Shown in pieces: positions 1-10,700 of a stretch of 64,000 bases of DNA (positions within the stretch are counted from its first letter, which is position 1; each line of letters starts with the position of its first letter). The stretch lies in contig CATNEN010000025.1 of NCBI GenBank assembly GCA_950097015.1, positions 3,534,001 through 3,598,000 of the forward strand, read 5' to 3'. The notes below the pieces were generated by a model, which did no database searches, was not told the DNA's origin, and saw nothing but the letters and a program-made list of their open reading frames with translations. The stretch is from Macrostomum hystrix. Lineage: Eukaryota; Animalia; Platyhelminthes. The position numbers were made by a program, and so were the translations under genes.

Positions 1-113
1 GCAAACGCGTTAGACCTCTCTGCCACTAACCCCCCAACCTCCTGAGCCAATCAAAAAGTTTTGTCAGCGAAGGACTAAATGACCTAAATACATTCCGTTA
101 ACCCGACCTGCAG

Positions 114-3100
114 TCTACCAATGGAGGACTGCGGCAGCATGTTCGTCAGCAACAAGGCTCTGGACATCGCCAAGCCCAGCTCCGTGTTCTCCGTGGTAGT
201 CGCCGACTGCTCCGAGTGCACAGTGGGGCTGCTTCGCATGGACCCGATGTGGTTCAATTTTGCCCAGAAGTTTCACAGCTTCGCAGACATCACGGAGCGG
301 GCGACTGTGAAGCTAGAATTCAGTGATTTTGGCAAGGAGTTGTGAGTATTGAATACCATATGTGGGCAGGGCATTTATTCCTGGAAATGTCACTGATGAA
401 AATATTCAACGATCGCTACCTTCGAGATGTAAACTCAGAAAATGAAATTACATTTTTTGTGTAACACTAACTGTATGTACTTTAATAGATTCACTCTCAA
501 TAAATAAGTATTAAATGTTGCATCTCCACTGATTCAATGTGCTCTCAATATGCAGGCTTGATGAGTGTAACTTCAATATTTTCAATAACTTTATATCGCT
601 GAATATCCTGACGATGCTTTGAAAGTTAGTTAGTTCATCGTAAACGTCAGAAAATTTTCATCCAAATTTTGGACCGTCAAGAAAGTCGGTCATTTGGTTT
701 GGGAGCTGTCGTGAGGTAGGCAGTGGGTATTTTTAATACCTCTCCAGTGTCCTTCCCACGGGCAATAGCCTGGTCTTTCTGCTGCTATTGTGCACTGATT
801 TCACTGAGTCCCACCAACCAATCGCATCGCAGCAAGCTCAGCTGCGTTAAGGACGACGGCAAGCTGGCGACGCCAGCCACGTGGAGAACGGCCGCATTCG
901 CTTCGGACACGGACCAGTTTGTGGTGTCCATCGAGGTGCGCAAAGCCGCACTCAGCAACGAGTCGAACATGGTGCACATCCTCCTGAACAACACGACGGT
1001 GCATCAGTTCATCGTGAAATCGACCGCTCTGTCGCGCGGCGGCCAGCAGCAGAAGAGCGGCGAAGTGACGCAGACGGTGCACGAAGGCATCTTCGGTTAC
1101 GTCAGCTGCCCCAAAGGCAAAGCCGGCCGGTCAGCCTTCTACCCGCTGGCCGAGGCCGACAGTCCGATCTACAAGACGTCTGGCTCAAGCGCGCCAGCTG
1201 CGACCAAACCGAAAAAGGACGAAGCTGAAGCCGCTACGAGCGCTGACAGCGATCTGGCGGTTGGAACCCCGCTGCACACGCCGCCGTTTCGCGTCCTCTG
1301 CCACCGGATGTTGCAGGCGGCGTCGGGTTCAACAGTTGGCCGAGTTCGCGAGGCAGTTTCGGCCGAGTTAAAGCGTGTTCGCGACCGCCTCGATGCGGAG
1401 GCCAAGAAGCTGACGAATGCAATCGAGAAGGCCGGCGACGGAGTATTTCTGCAGCAGCTGCGCTGGGCGGAGCTCACCGCCACCGCTGAGCGAATCGAAG
1501 CCTATTTGAAGACTCGACTCGGCGACGACCTGGAAGTGTTCGGCACCGACCAGCTGGCTGAGCTGCGCGCCGCATTGGCGGCCACTTCGCAGGCGGCAGT
1601 TGAAGCCCTGCTGCCTGACCGTCTCTGGCGTATTCGGCAAGTCAAGGAGGCGCTGAAGGTAGCCACCGAGGAGGCCGAGAAGAAGGGCCGAATCCGAGCA
1701 TTGGACTGCCTGGCTGAGGCAGACAAAAAGTACGGCCGATTGCAGCTTGTCGAAGCGTTACAGTGGCTGCACGAGAGAGTGAGTCCTCGGACCTTGGAGA
1801 CCATGCAAGGCGGTGGTCAACTTCGTAGCGAATTCGAACTCGGGAGGTTTTTAGCCTTCATAAATGGCACATACCTTAACCAGCACAAGCCATAGATTTC
1901 ACTGCCATTCAATAGACGGGGAGCCTTAAACCCATGAATGCGAATTTCAAACACCTGCATTTGGAACATAAATGAAATTTACTACTATTATAAGTAGCAA
2001 TTCAGCTTTAGGTAATGTCAAATTTTATGATTTTGCAAAAAATCTATTTGTCCAGGGCACACTAATCTTCCTGCGACACCTGGGCCTGATTGTTACCGAC
2101 CTGCCCTGGTTCTTCGACCTGCTCGAGTCGCTGCCCTTCGATCCGCCTCTGATGGCCGGCCCGCTGCTGCCCGGCCTAGAGCCCGACGCTGGCGTCTGGA
2201 GCGAAGCCACCCTGGAGCAGGCATTTAAGGCGGCCGGAGTAAAGTCCACTGAAGAGGTCAGGGCCGTTGGTGTTGTATTGCTCTGTCTCAATCCCTGTCT
2301 GTCTCCATCCCTGTCTGTCTCCATCCCTGTCTGTCTCCATCCCTGTCTGTCTCCATCCCTGTCTGTCTCCATCCCTGTCTGTCTCCATCCCTGTCAGTCT
2401 CCATCCCTGTCAGTCTCCATCCCTGTCTGTCTCCATCCCTGTCTGTCTCCATCCCTGTCTGTCTCCATCCCTGTCTGTCTCCATCCCTGTCTGTCTCCAT
2501 CCCTGTCTGTCTCCATCCCTGTCTGTCTCCATCCCTGTCTGTCTCCATCCCTGTCTGTCTCCATCCCTGTCTGTCTCCATCCCTGTCAGTCTCCATCCCT
2601 GTCAGTCTCCATCCCATCCCTGTCTGTCTCCATCCCTGTCTGTCTCCATCCCTGTCTGTCTCCATCCCTGTCTGTCTCCATCCCTGTCTGTCTCCATCCC
2701 TGTCTGTCTCCATCCCTGTCTGTCTCCATCCCTGTCTGTCTCCATCCCTGTCTGTCTCCATCCCTGTCTGTCTCCATCCCTGTCTGTCTCCATCCCTGTC
2801 TGTCTCCATCCCTGTCTGTCTCCATCCCTGTCAGTCTCCATCCCTGTCTGTCTCCATCCCTGTCTGTCTCCATCCCTGTCTGTCTCCATCCCTGTCTGTC
2901 TCCATCCCTGTCTGTCTCCATCCCTGTCTGTCTCCATCCCTGTCTGTCTCCATCCCTGTCTGTCTCCATCCCTGTCTGTCTCCATCCCTGTCTGTCTCCA
3001 TCCCTGTCTGTCTCCATCCCTGTCTGTCTCCATCCCTGTCTGTCTCCATCCCTGTCTGTCTCCATCCCTGTCTGTCTCCATCCCTGTCTGTCTCCATCCC

Positions 3101-4725
3101 TGTCTGTCTCCATCCCTGTCTGTCTCCATCCCTGTCTGTCTCCATCCCTGTCTGTCTCCATCCCTGTCTGTCTCCATCCCTGTCTGTCTCCATCCCTGTC
3201 TGTCTCCATCCCTGTCTGTCTCCATCCCTGTCTGTCTCCATCCCTGTCTGTCTCCATCCCTGTCTGTCTCCATCCCTGTCTGTCTCCATCCCTGTCTGTC
3301 TCCATCCCTGTCTGTCTCCATCCCTGTCTGTCTCCATCCCTGTCTGTCTCCATCCCTGTCTGTCTCCATCCCTGTCTGTCTCCATCCCTGTCTGTCTCCA
3401 TCCCTGTCTGTCTCCATCCCTGTCTGTCTCCATCCCTGTCTGTCTCCATCCCTGTCTGTCTCCATCCCTGTCTGTCTCCATCCCTGTCTGTCTCCATCCC
3501 TGTCAGTCTCCATCCCTGTCTGTCTCCATCCCTGTCTGTCTCCATCCCTGTCTGTCTCCATCCCTGTCTGTCTCCATCCCTGTCTGTCTCCATCCCTGTC
3601 TGTCTCCATCCCTGTCTGTCTCCATCCCTGTCTGTCTCCATCCCTGTCTGTCTCCATCCCTGTCTGTCTCCATCCCTGTCTGTCTCCATCCCTGTCTGTC
3701 TCCATCCCTGTCTGTCTCCATCCCTGTCTGTCTCCATCCCTGTCTGTCTCCATCCCTGTCTGTCTCCATCCCTGTCTGTCTCCATCCCTGTCTGTCTCCA
3801 TCCCTGTCTGTCTCCATCCCTGTCTGTCTCCATCCCTGTCTGTCTCCATCCCTGTCTGTCTCCATCCCTGTCTGTCTCCATCCCTGTCTGTCTCCATCCC
3901 TGTCTGTCTCCATCCCTGTCTGTCTCCATCCCTGTCTGTCTCCATCCCTGTCTGTCTCCATCCCTGTCTGTCTCCATCCCTGTCTGTCTCCATCCCTGTC
4001 TGTCTCCATCCCTGTCTGTCTCCATCCCTGTCTGTTTCCATGCCTGTCTGTCTCCATCCCTGTCTGTCTCCAGGCTGGTCTCTACTCCTGTACAACTCCT
4101 GTACATTTCCAGCCGCATCTTCGCCGCATCCTAGCCGACTCCGGCGCCCTCGTTTCCCTGACGCCGCTTCGCCGCTTCGCCGAAGACGAGCGCCAGTTCT
4201 ACAGCAACCTCTACTGCGCGGGCGCCCGACGGAAACGACTCGACTGGCCGCTGCGCAGCCATGCCGACCTGCCCAAGGAGAAGGACGGCAAGTCGAGTGC
4301 AGCCGCAGTCTACAGAATCTACCGGGGCATCACCCGGCCGATCGAGAGGGCGCTGCCCGCCCTGTTCGCCCTGACTAGCCGGCTTGGCCAGCTCTGTCGC
4401 TGTTCAACTGGCGGCGGCTTCGTTCGCAGCCTCTGGGGCGTAGAGATTGTCGTCGCCTACGTCGCCGCGACGGATGACGCCGATGATGATAACCACACTG
4501 ACGAAGACAAAGCCGGGGCGCTGCACCTCACGTCCTGGCTGCCGGTGTCTGCGGCTTCCAATCGACTATCGGAGGCCGAAAAAACCTCCACCCGCCAGCT
4601 GCTGTGGTCCGCCCTGCACCTGTTCACTGACGCCCTGGACTCTCTGCTGCTGCGCCAGGGCTGTCTCGGCGTCCAAATCGAGTCCTCAGCCGACGCCGAC
4701 GCCGGAGAAGACGGAGGAGAGCTGG
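114..4725 (+). CDS. Roco gene, N-terminal part: degenerate ROC-like region followed by a COR domain (exons 114-341, 833-1778, 2056-2256, 4074-4725)
   Basis: The spliced sequence LQLVEALQWLHER|GTLIFLRHLGLIVTDLPWFFDLL fits the COR pattern aL.fLH..G.i.....v..dP.Wl. Exon 4074-4725 (LDWP...VYRIYRG...LWSALHLFTDALDSLL) resembles COR-B. Upstream LEFSDFG and AVGTP resemble the G3 and G4 motifs. Confidence 0.65.
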
Positions 4726-7700
4726 GTTCGTGAGCTAAGCTACTCACATTTTTACTTCTCACAACAGTAGATAGACAGGCTTTTAAATAGAATTAGGTTA
4801 GGCAGGTTTTTTAAATCCTTAAGTTAACCGACAGAACAGTCGCAGCTATTGTGGGGCGCATCTGAAGGCTGGGTACGGCTGTTCAGTCCATAGACTGGGG
4901 GGACGCCACACCCACCTTCAATTACCCAGCTAATGCTGGTGCAGAGATAAGTGTCGTGCTTAAGGACACAAATTGTTCCACTGGAGTCGGGAATCGAACC
5001 CCCGACCTTCAAGACGTAAGTCTGACGCTCTAACCACTAAGCTACAAACTCCTAGTAGTAGAATCCCCAGTTACTCTCATTGTGCAAGCTACTTAATCCC
5101 TCGGATACTAGAATTTCACCAATTACTGAATCCCCTTGTTGCATTATCCCCAAACAGTCACAATATTCCTGAGTGTAAATCAACTTTTTGTCTATGGGCT
5201 ACCCTCCTCCATCCTATGTTAAACAGAGAACCGATCGCTCACCTGTCAGCACACCTGGGACTCGGCTAGTCCCGAGGCCGCGCACGCGCCCAGCGTCTGC
5301 ACTCTGTGCGGCAACTGCGCTCGAGCCGGCGTCGCCTGCCGCTACAACCGCATCGACGGTGGCGGCGGCGTCGGGCGCTGCCTCTGCGCCGCCACAGCGC
5401 AGCGCGCCTGCGCCACCTGCGGCGTCTGCGCCGACTGCGTGGCCGCCGTCTGGGCCCTGCACAGCCGGGTGCACCCAAACAGGGCGCTGCCTGGCTCCAT
5501 CAACTTGTCCTCCGGCGACAGCGGCGGCGAGGCCCGACGAAATAATCGGCTGCGACTTGATGATCAGGTTTGCGATGCTTGGTTTCTGCTGCATCTTCCC
5601 TAACTCCACAATGACTCAAATGAATTATATTCGTGTTGCAGGGTCCCTCGGTGGAGCTGTGTCCGCGCCTGTCACTGCAATCGGCGTCTCGGCCCGAGGT
5701 GACATTCTGTCGCAATCAGCTGATTGCGCAAGACGAGCTGGTTGTGTGCCTCAGAGAGTGAGTTGCAGTTCTGCATTTTGATCGACTCAGATCAGTAGAT
5801 CAGTTTTCTCACTTTTTACGAGGGTCACTCAGAAAACCCTTAGCCTGTACAAGAATATAACCGTATTATCTAAACAACCCAACCCTAACCCTAACCCTAA
5901 CCCTAACCCTAACCCTAACCCTAACCCACACCCTAACCTCCTCCTACGAGAAATTTTAACTAATAAATTATTCTCTTTTCAGCAATTCAACACCCGGTCT
6001 GATCCAGATCTACCCAGAAGTTATTGTTCGAGAGAGCGGTGCGTTCAGCAAGCAAATCCAAACAAATTTCACATTCTAGCAGTATAAAAAATAAATAAAA
6101 ACACGATTTTCAGATTTGAGTTTTAAGTCTAAGCCGCTCTCGTTGGACTATTCGATCGACATTAGCTTTCGACTGTCACCTGTGACTGTGAGTCAGTTAA
6201 CGGGATTCGATTGGTTGACACCCAACCGCTTCATCCAACACCTACTAGCATCATCCAACACCCACTAGCATCATCCAACACCCACTAGCATCATCCAACA
6301 CCCACTAGCATCATCCAACACCCACTAGCATCATCCAACACCCACTAGCATCATCCAACACCCACTAGCATCATCCAACACCCACTAGCATCATCCAACA
6401 CCCACTAGCATCATCCAACACCCACTAGCATCATCCAACACCCACTAGCATCATCCAACACCCACTAGCATCATCCAACACCCACTAGCATCATCCAACA
6501 CCCACTAGCATCATCCAACACCCACTAGCATCATCCAACACCCACTAGCATCATCCAACACCCACTAGCATCATCCAACACCTACTAGCATCATCCAACA
6601 CCCACTAGCATCATCCAACACCCACTAGCATCATCCAACACCCACTAGCATCATCCAACACCCACTAGCATCATCCAACACCCACTAGCATCATCCAACA
6701 CCCACTAGCATCATCCAACACCCACTAGCATCATCCAACACCCACTAGCATCATCCAACACCCACTAGCATCATCCAACACCCACTAGCATCATCCAACA
6801 CCCACCGCCTCGTCCAACACCCAACGCCTCATCCAACACCCAACGCCTCATCCGACACACACCGCCTCATCCAACACCCAACCTCCTCATCCAACACCCA
6901 ACGCCTCATCCGACACACACCGCCTCATCCAACACCCAACCTCCTCATCCAACACCCAACCTCCTCATCCAACACCCAACCTCCTCATCCAACACCCAAC
7001 GCCTCATTCAACACACACCGCCTCACCTCATATGCACCCACCTCATTCCAAACAAACCCACCCGAACCTTCACACTCCCAACTCACTCAAAACCCACCCA
7101 CCTCATCCAACATCCACCACATTCAACACACACCTACCACGCCCCACACACACCCACCTCACTCCAAACACACCCACCTCAACCCACACGCACCCACCTC
7201 ACCCACCCCCGCTCAGCTGGCAGACGAATCGCAGGCTGAGTTACCCTCGGCAGCGGAGCAGACGCCGAGGTTCAGCTACTCGGCCAGGTCCAGCAGCTTC
7301 CTGTGGCAAGATGCCGGCCTGCTTGCCTACGGCTGCATCGGCGAAAACTCCACCCAGCTACCCGTGGCAGTGCTGATTGGCCAGTGTCCGCTAACAAGTG
7401 GCAATGACTCTTTCACAATCAGTTTGTGGCCCTCAACAGCTTTTTTCAAATCTATCTTAGTTTTGTTGGGTTGGATTTCATGTTAAACTCTGTGAATGCC
7501 GCCTTTTTTAGGAATCGTTTCTCGTGGCACCGACGGCAAAATCTCCATCGGCCTGGTGCCGCACGGCTACCACACCGATTCGCAACCCGGCTGGCGATCC
7601 GGCTCTGTTGGTTACCATGGTGACGACGGAGGGTGAGTCTGAGCAATCAGGGTAAAGGTGTTAGAGCCCCAATTTACTGACTCGCGATTATTGATGATTT

Positions 7701-10700
7701 AGAAATCATTACGCTCGTATATCCAAATCTGAACTCAGTTTACCCAAATCTTAACTCAGTTTACCCAAATCTGAACTCAGTTTACCAAAATCTGAACTCA
7801 TTATACCCAAATCCGAACTCAGTTTTACCGAATCTGAACTCAGTTTTTCCAAGTCTCACCTGTTCCACAATTCGCAGAGTCTTTGTCAGCAGCGGAGTGC
7901 CATCAATGAACTCGGAAGCGTTCGCCTCGGAGGACTCGCTGCCCGGAGCCCAGGTCCGCTGCCAGCTAAAGTCGCAGGCCGGCAGAATCCGCTGCGTCTT
8001 CTCGCTGGATCGGCGCGGAGTCGGCGAATTTGTCGACGTCGCCAGTGAAGTGATTGAACCGCCGTCTGGCGGCCTGCTCGCCTGCGTCGGCCTGCACTCG
8101 CCTGGTGAAATCGTACAGCTGGTCGACACCGCCGCCTGGCGGCCGGCGCAACCGCGTCTGGCGGACGGCTCGGCCGAGATTTCGACGGCCGGTTCTCAAG
8201 ACAGCGAAGACAGCATCCTGTTTGACTCTGTCAGATACCAGCTGGCTGACATTTGGCCAAAGCTTGAACTGCCCTGTCAGGTGGGAGCTGGGATTCACCT
8301 GCTAGCCTTCCACTGGGAAGATTCTTGGTTGGGGAAAAGTCTAGATTGGGGAAGAGTCCAGAGTGGGGAAGAGTCTAGATTGGGAAGATTATAGATTGGG
8401 GAAGAGTCTGAACAAAGGCAGTTGACACGCGCTAACAGGTGCAGTCGCTGTCGCTAACGGGTGGAAGAAGTCGCGGCTTCTCCTGTGTGCTCTCCGGCGT
8501 TCTCATGATTGAGCTGCGCAGCTCAGAGGCGACCCAGATTCGAGTGATCAGCAGCGGCCCGGTGCATTGCCGCCTGATGTCCGGGGCTACCGGCGGGACC
8601 GACGTCGGTGCCGGCGCCGGAGCCAGCACGGGCGGAGCCGTTGAATCCTTGCAGGACCTCCTGGAGACGCTCGGTACAGTGAAGGAGGACAATGTGGCGG
8701 TCACGGCTAATCCACCGAGGATTAGGCCTCAGACCGACCCGACAGGACAGCTGGTGAGTGCTTTGGCGAACATCCATTGTTACTCTCCCTCATCTCACTA
8801 GATCTCCCATTGTCACCCCTCCTTCATCCCAAAAATTCCCCCATTTGTCACTCTCCCTCATCTCACTTGATCTCCCATTGTCACTCTCTCTCATCCCACT
8901 AGATCCTCGATTGTCACTCTCTCTCATCCTACTAGATCCTCGATTGTCACTCTCTCTCATCCCACTAGATCCTCGATTGTCACTCTCTCTCATCTCACTA
9001 GATCTCCCATTGTCACTCTCTCTCGTCCCACTAGATCCTCGATTGTCACTCTCTCTCATCCCACTAGATCCTCGATTGTCACTCTCTCTCATCCCAAGAG
9101 ATCCCCTAGTGTCACAACTCTTTATCCCACTAGATCCCTAGTCTCACACTCCGTTATCCCACTATATCCCTAGTGTCACACTCCGTTATCCCACTATATC
9201 CCTAGTGTCACACTCCGTTATCCCACTATATCCCTAGTGTCACACTCCGTTATCCCACTATATCCCTATTGTCCCACTCCGTTATCCCACTAGATCCCTA
9301 GTGTCACACTCCGTTATCCCACTAAATCCCTAGTGTCACACTCCGTTATCCCACTATATCCCTAGTGTCACACTCCGTTATCCCACTAGATCCCTAGTGT
9401 CACACTCCGTTATCCCACTATATCCCTAGTGTCACACTCCGTTATCCCACTATATCCCTAGTGTCACACTCCGTTATCCCACTAGATCCCTAGTCTCACA
9501 CTCCGTTATCCCACTATATCCCTAGTGTCACACTCCGTTATCCCACTATATCCCTAGTGTCACACTCCGTTATCCCACTAAATCCCTAGTGTCACACTCC
9601 GTTATCCCACTATATCCCTAGTGTCACACTCCGTTATCCCACTAGATCCCTAGTGTCACACTCCGTTATCCCACTATATCCCTAGTGTCACACTCCGTTA
9701 TCCCACTATATCCCTATTGTCCCACTCCGTTATCCCACTATATCCCTAGTGTCACACTCCGTTATCCCACTAAATCCCTAGTGTCACACTCCGTTATCCC
9801 ACTATATCCCTAGTGTCACACTCCGTTATCCCACTAGATCCCTAGTGTCACACTCCGTTATCCCACTATATCCCTAGTGTCACACTCCGTTATCCCACTA
9901 AATCCCTAGTGTCACACTCCGTTATCCCACTATATCCCTAGTGTCACACTCCGTTATCCCACTATATCCCTAGTGTCACACTCCGTTATCCCACTATATC
10001 CCTAGTGTCACACGAACCCGAGTTCAACATCAAAGTCCCCATTCCACTCGCAGTTCTCCAAGGCGAAGAGCTCCAAGGCTTCCGTTTTTGCCTTCAAAAC
10101 GAATGCGGGCAAGGTTGAGGAAGATAACGAGGCCAGCAGCAAGGAGGAGCTGGATAAGGACGAGCGCGAGCTGGTAGTTAGCGCCAGTCGGAAGGAAGGC
10201 CATCGGTTTGTCTGCATCCGAGTTCTGGCGGCTCTGCGCGGTGCACTAGCGGCTGCTGCTGCCGCGTCTGGCCGACTATCCGATCTAGCCGAAGCCGACG
10301 AGAGGTTGAAAGGTCACGACAGCGTCGAGGTGGTTATCAGCAGCCTTGGAGGCGAGCAGCAGAAGCACAAGGTGCGCCTGCGGCTGCTGACCGCTAGCGA
10401 AATAGCCGGCGCTGGTTCTCAAATTCAACGCAGCCTGTTTGCGGTGCCCTACACCGAGGACAATGTCCGACAGTCTGGCGGCCTGTGCGACCTGCTTGAG
10501 GTGCTGGATAGCGGCGTACCAATCAACCGGGTGCTCCTGCCGAGGCGCGGCTGGTCGCTGGTGTTTAACAGGAAGGCGATGGCGTCGCTGCACGTGCGGG
10601 CTGAGAATTTCCCGGTGAGTTCAGCTCTGACCAGTTTTTGTCTGACAAGTCAGTTCTTTCTGACAAGTCAGTTCTCTCTGACAAGTCAGTTCTTTCTGAC

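Noticed and set aside
1972-4378. Long ORFs of 500-720 aa on both strands (CLHPCLSPSLSVSIPV / METDRDGDRQGWRQTG repeats)
   Set aside because: They are translations of a stop-free 16-nt intronic minisatellite. Only 2056-2256 and 4074 onward are coding.
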